Below are positions 28,732-37,881 of a stretch of DNA of 64,000 nucleotides, in pieces. The translations under genes and the position numbers were made by a program. The stretch spans positions 62,001 to 126,000 of the IMG/VR virus record IMGVR_UViG_3300022602_000024; one strand, 5' to 3'. Numbering within the stretch: the first letter of the stretch is position 1; each line of letters starts with the position of its first letter. The notes beneath the pieces are model-generated. The model had not been told where the DNA came from. It worked only from the letters and a program-made list of their open reading frames with translations, and did not search any database.

Positions 28732-29990
28732 TTATCGGCGTTCTCGTAGTGAGCCCACACACCAAACTCGGGTTCGGCATTGGGATTGCCTTTGATAATC
28801 CATACTGTATCAGCATAAGGCTCTACTTCTGCTGGATGCCATTCAAAAAAGCAAAAGTCTGTAAACATGATCAATTTCTTGGGCTCGATGTTGTTTTCTT
28901 TCAACCAGTTCCATACACAATGTGGGTCAGTGCCGCCACCGCCACCGGGTTCAAACGTGCTGATATCTTCCAAGTTATCACTGGTAAACTCGCCACTGTT
29001 ATGAACTTCGGTATCCCACCCCACAACTGTAATCTTGTACTCATCGTAGGCTTCCATGATACCTTTGATCTCGCTCAAGAACACTTTCAAGTCTTTGTCA
29101 GTGATTGAGCCTGAAGTGTCAATACCGATCACAACATCAATTTGCTCACCGGGCTTCATGCCAGGCATGACTGCATCCATGTGCCAACTGCGACGGCTGG
29201 GTTTGGACCATGTAAAGTCACTCTTGACTGTGCTTTGGATTTGTTGTTGCAACAATTCTCTCCAGTTCATAACTGGTTCAGTCAAGTCTTTGATCATGCG
29301 CTTAACACCACCGGGCACATTACCTGCGCCTGCGGCATTGGCTGCAGCCAATACAGCTTCTTTGATCTCATCACGTATGGCCTTTTGCTCATCCTTGCTC
29401 AGGCGTGGGCGACCACCTGCATGTGAACGTTCTTTGCCTTCGCCGTCACCATCTCCCTCGCCATCGTCGCCGGGCTCCAAGTGTTCGTCCAACAACTGCT
29501 TCATCAACTTGTCAATGTCCAACTTGTCGGCATTGGCATACAAGTCATCGTACACTTCTTCTGCGCTCATACCTTTGTATTTGGTATCGTACAGGGCCAC
29601 GGGAATCTTGTCGCCAATTCGTTGCTCAACCAAATCATAGTTGACACAATAGTCATCGGCAATGTTCCACAATTTGGGATCTCTGTTGCCACGACGTCCC
29701 ATGTGATCATAAACCGCATGCAACACTTCGTGCCCAACCAAAAACTCCAATTGTTTCAGGGGCATGTTATTGACAAACTCACTATTGTAGTAAAATCTAC
29801 GTCCATCTGTGGCAGCAGTTGGGCACCAGTCATCACCATTGATCAGTGTCATACGTGTGGCCAAGTTACCAAAAAATGGTGCGCGGAGCAACAATCCAAT
29901 ACGTGCAGTAATCAATTTCTCTCGTGCAGCCTCGTCAATTTTGGGATTGGTAACTGTTTTAACGGTGCTTTTTTCTGCTAATGTTGTCAT
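28728..29990 (-). CDS. Metallopeptidase-like (HExxH) plus VWA-domain protein (DUF2201-like)
   Basis: 'TAATDGR', 'GHEVLH', 'IDTSGSI' (MIDAS), 'GGGGTD', 'FTD'. Confidence 0.85.
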   Translation of the reverse strand: MTTLAEKSTVKTVTNPKIDEAAREKLITARIGLLLRAPFFGNLATRMTLINGDDWCPTAATDGRRFYYNSEFVNNMPLKQLEFLVGHEVLHAVYDHMGRRGNRDPKLWNIADDYCVNYDLVEQRIGDKIPVALYDTKYKGMSAEEVYDDLYANADKLDIDKLMKQLLDEHLEPGDDGEGDGDGEGKERSHAGGRPRLSKDEQKAIRDEIKEAVLAAANAAGAGNVPGGVKRMIKDLTEPVMNWRELLQQQIQSTVKSDFTWSKPSRRSWHMDAVMPGMKPGEQIDVVIGIDTSGSITDKDLKVFLSEIKGIMEAYDEYKITVVGWDTEVHNSGEFTSDNLEDISTFEPGGGGGTDPHCVWNWLKENNIEPKKLIMFTDFCFFEWHPAEVEPYADTVWIIKGNPNAEPEFGVWAHYENADK

Positions 29991-30013
29991 TGTAACTCCT
30001 GTTTAATGTATAT

Positions 30014-30058
30014 ATTATAACACACTTTGAATTATTGGTCTGTGGCTTTTTTGCAACA
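30014..30058 (-). promoter_or_regulatory. Promoter (TATAAT, -35 CAGACC) with the 18-bp box TGTTGCAAAAAAGCCACA
   Basis: -10 at 30014-30019, -35 at 30037-30042, box at 30041-30058. Confidence 0.6.
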
Positions 30059-30062
30059 CTTT

Positions 30063-30338
30063 TTACGCCCATTTTAACTTAAAAAGCGTGAAAGCATCTT
30101 CTTTAAAGTATAGCCTAAGATGCTGAAATTCTGTGTCCCAAGCCCACTGGGCAGTTTGAGATTTCATCCGGATCATGCTGTCTCTTTCGCCACTTGGACC
30201 AAAAGTTTCCCAACACCAAACCCGCCACGCATGGAACGTGGCAATGTTTTGATTCATGGCCGAACTCTCACTGGGGGTCGCATAGTAGGCAAAATAGTGA
30301 TTACCAGTGTGTCGACGATCTAATTTGGTAACTATCAT
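30063..30338 (-). CDS. Hypothetical protein
   Basis: 91-aa ORF. Confidence 0.6.
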   Translation of the reverse strand: MIVTKLDRRHTGNHYFAYYATPSESSAMNQNIATFHAWRVWCWETFGPSGERDSMIRMKSQTAQWAWDTEFQHLRLYFKEDAFTLFKLKWA

Positions 30339-30607
30339 TGCCGCCTCTTGTTAAATGTATCTTCCATGGCCTGAACCGTAGTCATTTGGCACACTTGCTC
30401 GCCTTTGACAATTCTAAAAGTTTTACAGTCTCTATCTTGCGTATAACTCAGTGCATGATCTTCTACACTTTTGCCTGTAGTGCCCAGTATGCCGAGATTA
30501 ACTGAAGTGACAACTGGGCTTGCACACCCAGTTAACAGGCATAACAAAATAGGGGCAATGCCCCTACCTTGCTTACTTGCCGCCTGCAGCAATGATGTAT
30601 TTGCCAT
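30335..30607 (-). CDS. Possible small lipoprotein (start uncertain)
   Basis: Lipobox-like 'LLTGC'; the 5' end runs through a terminator hairpin. Confidence 0.35.
   Translation of the reverse strand: MANTSLLQAASKQGRGIAPILLCLLTGCASPVVTSVNLGILGTTGKSVEDHALSYTQDRDCKTFRIVKGEQVCQMTTVQAMEDTFNKRRQ
30543..30566 (-). terminator. Intrinsic terminator after the MoxR gene
   Basis: TAGGGGC-ATT-GCCCCTA followed by TTTTGTT on the - strand. Confidence 0.55.
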
Positions 30608-31673
30608 AACGCTTGTGGAACTCGTTAAAGCTCTCCAATTTGCCAGGTAACAATGGCAAGTTGTATGTAGTCAACGCAACCCTAGCGCCCATAACAACCA
30701 ACTCTGTTGAGAAATTGTCCATCATAAAGCGGAAGAAACAGTCGGCCATTTTGTGCCAATCGGCAATTTTATCTTTGCTGAGTTTGACATAAGCGTCTTG
30801 CAGTTCATAGCACATACTCACAGTCAACGAATACATAGCACTCACTTCTTTGACTTTGAGCTCTTTGACTTTGCCTTGCAAAATGTCACTGGGGTTAGGC
30901 ATTTGGCTGGCCACTTTGCGGTGTGCCATAAACTTAACTGCCAAGCCGTCACCGATGGTACCTGCAATCAAATCGCTCAACTCAGCATCGGTAGCGTCTT
31001 CGTCATACAAGAACTGACTTACGAAACTCCATGAACGTGGAGTAGCAAAGGCACGTGAACTAGAACGTGGGTTAAAGTCCATCAAGTCATTCTTGGCAAA
31101 GCCAATGTAACCTACCACGTCCTTGTGGATACGATTCTTAACAGCCCACTCATTCCATGAGTCATAGTCTTCTTTGACTTCTAAGTGTACGAAACGATTT
31201 GCCAGGGGCATGGGCATTCTGTAGCTAACACCTTTGTCTGACTCTCTGTTACCTGCCGCAACAATAACCACGTTGTCGGGCAAATTGTAAGTGCCAAGTC
31301 TACGATTAAGCACCAATTGATAAGCCGCGGCCTGTACTGCTGGAGCCGCACTGTTCATCTCATCCAAGAACAAGGTGATCACTGGATGTTGAGCGGCCAA
31401 TTCAGCAGTGGGCAACTCAATGGGCTCGGCCCAGTCCATTTTACCAACTTCTTTGTTGAAGTAAGGAATACCACGCAAGTCAGTGGGATCCAATTGCGAC
31501 AAACGCAAATCAATCATAACACCACCCAAGTCTTTGGTCAAGTCTGCAACCAATTCTGACTTGCCAACTCCAGGAGGACCCCAAAGGAATACGGGACGCT
31601 GAACTTTGAATGCACGTAGAAGTCTGCTACGGGCTTCGTTGGGGCTAACTGTACGATTTTCTGAAATGCTCAT
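30573..31673 (-). CDS. MoxR-family AAA+ ATPase
   Basis: Walker A 'GPPGVGKS', Walker B 'LFLDEMN', 'AAGNR', 'LANRF', 'TPRSW'. Confidence 0.88.
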   Translation of the reverse strand: MSISENRTVSPNEARSRLLRAFKVQRPVFLWGPPGVGKSELVADLTKDLGGVMIDLRLSQLDPTDLRGIPYFNKEVGKMDWAEPIELPTAELAAQHPVITLFLDEMNSAAPAVQAAAYQLVLNRRLGTYNLPDNVVIVAAGNRESDKGVSYRMPMPLANRFVHLEVKEDYDSWNEWAVKNRIHKDVVGYIGFAKNDLMDFNPRSSSRAFATPRSWSFVSQFLYDEDATDAELSDLIAGTIGDGLAVKFMAHRKVASQMPNPSDILQGKVKELKVKEVSAMYSLTVSMCYELQDAYVKLSKDKIADWHKMADCFFRFMMDNFSTELVVMGARVALTTYNLPLLPGKLESFNEFHKRYGKYIIAAGGK

Positions 31674-31716
31674 ATATACTCCTGAAATTAATGAACTTTT
31701 AACTAACTAAAAACAT

Positions 31717-31761
31717 ATTATACGACAAACTTCTTTATTGGTCTGTTGTTTTTATGCAACT
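31717..31761 (-). promoter_or_regulatory. Promoter (TATAAT, -35 CAGACC) with the 18-bp box AGTTGCATAAAAACAACA
   Basis: -10 at 31717-31722, -35 at 31740-31745, box at 31744-31761; same geometry as the 30014 promoter. Confidence 0.6.
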
Positions 31762-32087
31762 CAATGAGTATTAAGTGCGGGCTTGCACTCATTGATTAAT
31801 TCACGTTCGATAGCATGAGCGGGCTTACGTCCACGCACAATATCTACCAATAACACGGAAAATGCTTCTGCACCGTGTTCACGAATGCTGTTGCACAAAG
31901 CCCACGATTTGTTTTCAGTTACAGCACGACGAACGTGCTTCTGAAAACGAACTTTTAGTGCTTTGGTTACTTGTGAGCCGCATACAGTAATACCAATATA
32001 ACTCTCGTTTGTGTTAGTGTTTACTAACATATAAACGGCGTGTTTGGTATCTTGTCTGCGTTTACGGGTTTGTTTTTTGCTGTCCAT
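31761..32087 (-). CDS. GIY-YIG-family nuclease-like protein
   Basis: 'AVYMLVNTNTNESYIGIT', 'RFQKH', 'ERELI', 'LN'. Start moved to MDSKK. Confidence 0.7.
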   Translation of the reverse strand: MDSKKQTRKRRQDTKHAVYMLVNTNTNESYIGITVCGSQVTKALKVRFQKHVRRAVTENKSWALCNSIREHGAEAFSVLLVDIVRGRKPAHAIERELINECKPALNTH

Positions 32088-32093
32088 GTAGTT

Positions 32094-32148
32094 ATTATAG
32101 CAAAAGTGCCATTTATGGACAACCAAACGGTGTTGTTTTTAGCACAAA
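32094..32148 (-). promoter_or_regulatory. sigma70-type promoter TTGTCC-17-TATAAT (leaderless) with upstream box
   Basis: -10 at 32094-32099, -35 at 32117-32122, box at 32131-32148; ATG 6 nt after the -10. Confidence 0.6.
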
Positions 32149-32165
32149 AAAGTAGTACTAAAGTG

Positions 32166-33308
32166 TTACTTTTTGAACACAAAAATACCCTCAAATTTTG
32201 TGCTATTTTCACTACGATTATTGCCTACTCCCGGGCGAGTTGTCAACAACATTTTAAGAGTTTCTGTGTGTTTAAAACCACACTTTTCGCTCAGCTCAAT
32301 CCAGCGTTCTACTATTTTAAACTGCTCTTTGCCGTGTTTATAGTCGGCAATGTTGACTGCATATACCCCATCATCAGCAAGTGCACGATGAATCATCTTT
32401 AACGTGGGTGCCACGTAACCTTCGAACCAACGATCAATGTCGCTATAACGATTCATACACTGGGTTGGTTCATCAGTGTAGGTTTCAAGATTAAAGTATG
32501 GGGGGCTAGAAAAGGCTGCATCGTAAGTGCCAGGTTCAGGCTCAAACTCCTCACTAGGCATACAATTCATACTAAATCCAGATCCTTGGCCTTCGTCTTG
32601 TAACAGTTCGCCTAGGGCCTGTAATCCTTCAAACGTTCGAGTGTTGGGATCAATACCGGTATAATGATAACGCATACGACTGGTCATTGAACCTAGCATA
32701 CGTCCGCCATAGCCTGAACTAAAGTCCAATAGGTTGCCCATAAATGTGGGGCAAAGATATTCCCATACTGCACGAGCATTTAACGGTTTGAAGTTTTGTA
32801 TAGTGCCACCATTGACCAATTCTATAGCAGTTCTGATCAAGTGCGGGAATACTGCTTCATCACCATTGTCTCGATGTTGATAGCACAATTTGATAGCACG
32901 TTTGAATTTGACATCATGATTAAATCTTGATCGTAAGCTCACAGTATCATTTGTATTCCATTTAGCATCTTGCATGTTAGGAAACCAAAAACGTGCAAAC
33001 GCATTACCATCATTGCCACCAATGGCTAGAGTTTTCTTTGTGACAGATTTGTTCTTGTGTGCTAGATTACGAATCTGTGCTCTACATCCTTCTAAACTGT
33101 AGTAGGTTAAAGGTAGCACATTTACTGCACGATAGATATCGAACACTTCTTGTTCAATGGCCAATCGACCTGCTTCATCTGCGGCTGCCCAACGTTCCTT
33201 ATTCAATCGGCGTAGGTCCTTCTCTACACTTTCGTATCCGGTGTAGATGTCAGCAGTGGGAACAACTCCCCATTCTGCACAAACTTGATCGTAATACGCT
33301 TGAATCAT
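32166..33308 (-). CDS. Amino (N4-C/N6-A) DNA methyltransferase
   Basis: 'LLDFSSGYGGR' (motif I), 'GIDPN', 'FSSPPYFNLETY' (motif IV). Confidence 0.82.
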   Translation of the reverse strand: MIQAYYDQVCAEWGVVPTADIYTGYESVEKDLRRLNKERWAAADEAGRLAIEQEVFDIYRAVNVLPLTYYSLEGCRAQIRNLAHKNKSVTKKTLAIGGNDGNAFARFWFPNMQDAKWNTNDTVSLRSRFNHDVKFKRAIKLCYQHRDNGDEAVFPHLIRTAIELVNGGTIQNFKPLNARAVWEYLCPTFMGNLLDFSSGYGGRMLGSMTSRMRYHYTGIDPNTRTFEGLQALGELLQDEGQGSGFSMNCMPSEEFEPEPGTYDAAFSSPPYFNLETYTDEPTQCMNRYSDIDRWFEGYVAPTLKMIHRALADDGVYAVNIADYKHGKEQFKIVERWIELSEKCGFKHTETLKMLLTTRPGVGNNRSENSTKFEGIFVFKK

Positions 33309-34234
33309 TCTTCAGTGACAAATAACGATTCGTTTTTGATTGCTTTGCTATATAACAATACTTCTTTTGCAGCTTTGGCTTCTTTTATTGTGACATTTGC
33401 TTTACCTTCTTCTTGTACTGTTTTTGTAGATCTACGCCCAGCAGTATAAGTGATATCATAATAACTGATATCTAAATTTCCTTGATTGTCTGTGTAAAAT
33501 GTATCACCAGCATTGCGGTTGCAGTACATAACAATATGTCCTTCTTGATCTGCTTTTTTGCAAAAATCAATTAGTTCTAAATGTTTATTATCGTCAAAGT
33601 CTGTTCCGTATTGCGTAAAACTATCACGATAAGGAGGATCAAAAAAGAATAGTGCTCGACCTTCTATATTAGTACCGAGACAATGTTTCCATTCACCACT
33701 GTGGATAGAAACTTTTTGTAAGAACTTGTGCCACTCTAACACATTTTCTTTGTCATATACGCTGTCTTTTTGATTAAGCAACCCAGATGGAGTACAAAAT
33801 CTTCCTTTGGCTTCTTTGGTGCTTTGCCATATACCATTAAATGCGGTCTTCATTAAAAAGTACAATGTGGCACTTTCTTTAGCGGCTGACCAAGATTGAT
33901 ATTCTGTGGTGTATTCTTTTCTTATTTTATAATAAAAAACTTTTCTTTCGGCCTTGGACATAGGCAAATACTGATTGCAAAGATGATCACATTCAGTAGT
34001 GAACTCTGTAATGTGATCTCGTATGGCAAGATATAACCCCACGATTTCCGGGTTTATATCATTGAGTATAAACTTAATGTTGGGATTATTTTTATAGATA
34101 TGAATCATCATAGCACCACCTCCGAAGAATGGTTCTACATAAGTATCGTATCCATTTTTTGGTATGCCGGGATTAAGTTCGTACTTGGGTATCATTTTAT
34201 TCTTACCACCGGCCCACATGTATAAAGGTTTCAT
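33305..34234 (-). CDS. Dam/D12-class N6-adenine DNA methyltransferase
   Basis: 'WAGGK', 'YVEPFFGGGA', 'LNDIN', 'FFDPPY'. Confidence 0.9.
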   Translation of the reverse strand: MKPLYMWAGGKNKMIPKYELNPGIPKNGYDTYVEPFFGGGAMMIHIYKNNPNIKFILNDINPEIVGLYLAIRDHITEFTTECDHLCNQYLPMSKAERKVFYYKIRKEYTTEYQSWSAAKESATLYFLMKTAFNGIWQSTKEAKGRFCTPSGLLNQKDSVYDKENVLEWHKFLQKVSIHSGEWKHCLGTNIEGRALFFFDPPYRDSFTQYGTDFDDNKHLELIDFCKKADQEGHIVMYCNRNAGDTFYTDNQGNLDISYYDITYTAGRRSTKTVQEEGKANVTIKEAKAAKEVLLYSKAIKNESLFVTEE

Positions 34235-34245
34235 AGTATATTATA

Positions 34246-35073
34246 TTAGTTTAAAAAACATTCCACAAGTGTTGTGGCTATCTCTGAATTTGCTTTGCCT
34301 TCTTGCATCATGTCCAACACAATTTCATGTGCTTCTGTTAGATATGCACGGGGCAATCTGTGCCAAACTGGGAATAATGGATCACCGGGAGTCTGTGCAA
34401 AGGTACTAAAACGCATTTCTAATTCTCGACGTGCAAGTTCTTTAGCGATTCTTTCCGTGCGTTCTTCGTCAGTCTCAAAGTTTCTGATAAAGAAATCTAC
34501 ACTACTTGATTTGCTTGCGTTTCCGTTGGTTATTGTCAAATATTGTTTGGCCTTTTCAAAAGGTATATCTAACCCTAATATACCAATCATTATGTTAAAG
34601 ATTTCTTCTTCAGTGAATCCATTGGGTTGATAGTAAAAGATGCAGTTGTCGCCGTTGATGGCTCTCATCGTTTGTCCAAACTCATACAATACTCCGCCAG
34701 GATTTGCTCCTTCCCCAGTCATGAATGTGATGTATTTTACATCAGGATTCATTCGGTAACAAATCAAATAGTTTTTGGTCCATCGTTCAATAGCATTACC
34801 GCCATCCTGTTGGTGCTTGGCTTCAAATACAAATTTAATAGATCTTGGTTGATTACGTGAACCATCAAACCACATGCCGCCATCGGGAACACATCCTAAG
34901 GTGACATTCATATTATGACATTCTGGGAGTATCTTATTCTTTTGGTGTCCGATTTCAAAACAATATTTTTCTTGACATATAGCAATAGCCATAGCGATGT
35001 TCTTAACATCGCCGTCGAGCTGTTTAGACTCGGTACTGCCTGCTTCTGTACCTACTTGGATACCACCAGCCAT
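34246..35073 (-). CDS. EcoRI/MunI-family type II restriction endonuclease-like protein
   Basis: 'PDGG...FVFEAKHQ..GGNAIERWTKN' matches EcoRI's PDGG...EAKHQ...GNAIERSHKN. Confidence 0.75.
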   Translation of the reverse strand: MAGGIQVGTEAGSTESKQLDGDVKNIAMAIAICQEKYCFEIGHQKNKILPECHNMNVTLGCVPDGGMWFDGSRNQPRSIKFVFEAKHQQDGGNAIERWTKNYLICYRMNPDVKYITFMTGEGANPGGVLYEFGQTMRAINGDNCIFYYQPNGFTEEEIFNIMIGILGLDIPFEKAKQYLTITNGNASKSSSVDFFIRNFETDEERTERIAKELARRELEMRFSTFAQTPGDPLFPVWHRLPRAYLTEAHEIVLDMMQEGKANSEIATTLVECFLN

Positions 35074-35122
35074 AATAAATCCTCTTTAAAATAATTAATC
35101 TTTTTACTCTCTGACAGTTGTT

Positions 35123-35192
35123 ATTATATAGTCGGCATCTATTAGTGTCAACTCCAAAATAACAAAACATTGAGTGTTGTTTTTATACAAAA
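35123..35192 (-). promoter_or_regulatory. Consensus sigma70 promoter TTGACA-17-TATAAT with upstream box
   Basis: -10 at 35123-35128, -35 at 35146-35151, box at 35175-35192. Confidence 0.75.
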
Positions 35193-35199
35193 GTAGTAC

Positions 35200-35580
35200 T
35201 TAAGTATTACTTTCTTCCAGTGTATCTAAATATTTCTGCAAATCCCCATAAAGTGTAAGGGTAACTGCTTCAGATTCTTCAAAGATGATAAACTTTTCAC
35301 GTTTGAGCAAGTAATACATTGATGGAAATACACGTTCCAGTTTGAGTATGTAGGCGTTGCTGATTTCTGTTTCTAGGCGAAACTCGTAGGGCTTGAGTTC
35401 TAGTTCCTTGATGGCCATACGCAGGCCATCCAAGGAGAGTCTAAGGCTATTGGCATCGGTGGGATTAATCCACCATAAGTTACGATGATACGAAGTTTCT
35501 GCAGATGGTATGCCGATCTGTTGGCAGAATATCTCAGTGAGTTGGCGTTGCGAGAAACGCTTATGGGAAGATTTTTTCAC
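35200..35580 (-). CDS. Hypothetical protein
   Basis: 126-aa ORF. Confidence 0.65.
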   Translation of the reverse strand: MKKSSHKRFSQRQLTEIFCQQIGIPSAETSYHRNLWWINPTDANSLRLSLDGLRMAIKELELKPYEFRLETEISNAYILKLERVFPSMYYLLKREKFIIFEESEAVTLTLYGDLQKYLDTLEESNT

Positions 35581-35848
35581 CTTGCTTTAGTAAGACAACA
35601 CTAAACGATTCTGTTTTGTACAGGCTGTTTAGTTTCTTACAAAGATTAATTGCGTGTCCTTTATTGCTGAAAGACACTTTAGAATACTTGGGACCAGGGT
35701 ATGCCACCAGCACATTGCTGGTTTTGAGATTGATGGGTCGATTTTCGTAAAAGACCGCATAGATACCATCGGCTTGTAAAACCTGAGAACTCTTGTATGT
35801 TGTTTTATTGACGTGGTCTAATAACACCGTCGGTTTTGGTCTTGACAT
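35561..35848 (-). CDS. Hypothetical basic protein
   Basis: 95 aa; ATAAATA motif upstream at 35870-35876. Confidence 0.7.
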   Translation of the reverse strand: MSRPKPTVLLDHVNKTTYKSSQVLQADGIYAVFYENRPINLKTSNVLVAYPGPKYSKVSFSNKGHAINLCKKLNSLYKTESFSVVLLKQGEKIFP

Positions 35849-35894
35849 CTCATGTATCCTTGATACTCTTATTTATCACCTTAATATAGGTAGT

Positions 35895-36104
35895 TTATTT
35901 AAAACCACCACCGTCCATGGTAACAGCAACGGCATTGGTAGTGGTGCGATTTAAACTGACATTTGTGGCCATCAAATCGTAAATTTCCGCATGCAAATTG
36001 CGTGCTTCTTCGGCATTTAGTGTAAGAATCTTGCCGCTAGTTTGATTCATAGCTCTTACTCTATCATTAAACATTTTTATATGTAATGGTAAATTATTGT
36101 CCAT
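35895..36104 (-). CDS. Hypothetical protein
   Basis: 69 aa, coupled to the upstream gene. Confidence 0.6.
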   Translation of the reverse strand: MDNNLPLHIKMFNDRVRAMNQTSGKILTLNAEEARNLHAEIYDLMATNVSLNRTTTNAVAVTMDGGGFK

Positions 36105-36573
36105 TTGCTTCTTTCATTGCGTCCATCATGCGCTCTTGTGTTTTAAAAGGACCTTGATATTCGTAGCGGTTTAAGGTAATGAGTTTTGGACAGTAAGCAC
36201 GAACCCATGTGTTACTGAATTTAACAATGTAATATCCTGCACAAAAGAAACTTTTACTCTTGGCTCCTTTGGTATAGATAGGCAAGTAGCGTTGCACGTC
36301 CAAGACCTGATTGTGTGGGGCACTATTGGTAGGGAATCCATACACATCATAATGGTCTGACTTTTCACGCACAGGCTTTTCGGCTTTGGCAAATGCAATA
36401 TTGTATTTCTTGCTCAACAATTTGATACTGGGAAACACTTCACGCTGATCATCGTGCACATAAGCAACACCACCATCTTCATCAATGGCTTGGATAGTGG
36501 CAATTTTGTTGCCATTGCTTTCCACAATCCAAAATTTATTTTTAACTACAGGTTTAGCGATTATTTCGGTCAT
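36094..36573 (-). CDS. Hypothetical protein
   Basis: 159 aa, ATGA overlap. Confidence 0.7.
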   Translation of the reverse strand: MTEIIAKPVVKNKFWIVESNGNKIATIQAIDEDGGVAYVHDDQREVFPSIKLLSKKYNIAFAKAEKPVREKSDHYDVYGFPTNSAPHNQVLDVQRYLPIYTKGAKSKSFFCAGYYIVKFSNTWVRAYCPKLITLNRYEYQGPFKTQERMMDAMKEANGQ

Positions 36574-36851
36574 AGTGAGATTCTCAACAATTCCATACTA
36601 ACAATATGCCCAATACGTTCAGCAACATCTTCTTCCGACGTGATAATGTGTGTAATGTGATTGTTGCGATCTGTTTTGCGATCGTAGTGCCTAATCTGTA
36701 CAATGGTACCGCCATGTGCTGGCATGACATTGAAGCACAGGCCTTCTACTTCTATCATGTCTCTAGCCCGTACTGGACTAATGGCAAGTATATCACCGTC
36801 GCTGTCGTCGCGGTTTAACCAATTTCTCAATTTTCTTTTTAACCAACTCAT
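36570..36851 (-). CDS. Hypothetical protein
   Basis: 93 aa, ATGA overlap. Confidence 0.65.
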   Translation of the reverse strand: MSWLKRKLRNWLNRDDSDGDILAISPVRARDMIEVEGLCFNVMPAHGGTIVQIRHYDRKTDRNNHITHIITSEEDVAERIGHIVSMELLRISL

Positions 36852-37846
36852 TGTATTTCCTCTGGATATTGTGCTGATAAGAAGCGAACAAAGTTATCAG
36901 CCTGTTCGCTCATTTTGATTAGGTCATACTTGCCACAGAACTTTAAGAAATGTGCACCAATCATGGGCCTACTCAACTGTACGGCACCTGTAGCAATAGT
37001 TTCTGCAATCTTGGCTTTGATATCATCAGGTTGTGCAGTAAGATCAACCAAGACCACATTGCGCTGATAATCATCTAACACACGGTGTTCTTCGCCATTA
37101 TGGTCGGTCCAACGTTGCAACATTAGATTGTTCCACGCGAAACCCTTGCTCTCGCAATCGTTGAAGGCCTCTCGGAGTCCAACTTTATTTTTAGTTCCAT
37201 TCGTACGGACCCCAGGGTACGCACTAAAGATATTATCGGTTGGATCCCCGCGGACACACTTCTCGAATAGTAGCCACTTAGGGTCCGGAACTGCTTTGAT
37301 TTCCTTAGTTTTTTTATCTTTGACTGGGGCACCTTTTTTGTCAAAAATACCTTGTGCAGTGATAAGCTCATCTGTTATTCCATTATATTGATTTACGTTT
37401 GGTGCGATCAGTTGCACAAAATCTGTGTCTGAACTTACGATGGTATGGTGATCCTCAGGGTGACTTTGGATCCATCCTGCCACCAAGTCATCTGCTTCCA
37501 GTTCTTCGTGCCGGAGAACAGTACAATTGGACTTTTCGCCGAGGAAGGTCTTGAGATTGTCAAAAGCCTCCCAAAATAGTCGGTCTTCTTCTTGCTCAGT
37601 TTCGGTGAGTGCAGCACGGGCAACTGATCGGTTTTTCTTGTACGGCTCATAATAATCCTTACGCCATGATCGGCCTTCTAAGCAGAATATGACATGGTCT
37701 GCCTTTTGATCTCTAAAACATTTGGCTACACTGGATAGCGTAACATGTATAGCAAATCCCAAGCGGTCCCAAGTGTCACTTTGACGATGTGCAGCATGAC
37801 GTGCACGAAAGAAGGTGTTTGCAGTATCAACAATTAAATATTTCAT
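36848..37846 (-). CDS. rnh: T4 RNase H-like 5'-3' exonuclease / flap endonuclease
   Basis: 'YLIVDTAN', 'SWRKDYYEPYKKNR', 'LEADD', 'SSDTDF', 'GDPTDNI'. Start moved to MKYLIVD. Confidence 0.85.
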   Translation of the reverse strand: MKYLIVDTANTFFRARHAAHRQSDTWDRLGFAIHVTLSSVAKCFRDQKADHVIFCLEGRSWRKDYYEPYKKNRSVARAALTETEQEEDRLFWEAFDNLKTFLGEKSNCTVLRHEELEADDLVAGWIQSHPEDHHTIVSSDTDFVQLIAPNVNQYNGITDELITAQGIFDKKGAPVKDKKTKEIKAVPDPKWLLFEKCVRGDPTDNIFSAYPGVRTNGTKNKVGLREAFNDCESKGFAWNNLMLQRWTDHNGEEHRVLDDYQRNVVLVDLTAQPDDIKAKIAETIATGAVQLSRPMIGAHFLKFCGKYDLIKMSEQADNFVRFLSAQYPEEIQ

Positions 37847-37852
37847 GTCGTT

Positions 37853-37881
37853 ATAATAGCACTTAATGATTAACGTGTCAA
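37853..37881 (-). promoter_or_regulatory. sigma70-type promoter TTGACA-17-TATTAT (leaderless rnh)
   Basis: -35 at 37876-37881, -10 at 37853-37858, ATG 6 nt downstream. Confidence 0.65.

Noticed and set aside
29056-30006. Long + strand ORFs (194 and 166 aa) and other antisense ORFs in the track
   Set aside because: They are shadows of well-supported genes on the opposite strand, with no RBS or recognisable motifs.
31761-32087. GIY-YIG gene as an intron-encoded homing endonuclease or mobile element
   Set aside because: It is free-standing with its own promoter, has only the ~108-aa catalytic domain, and interrupts no gene.
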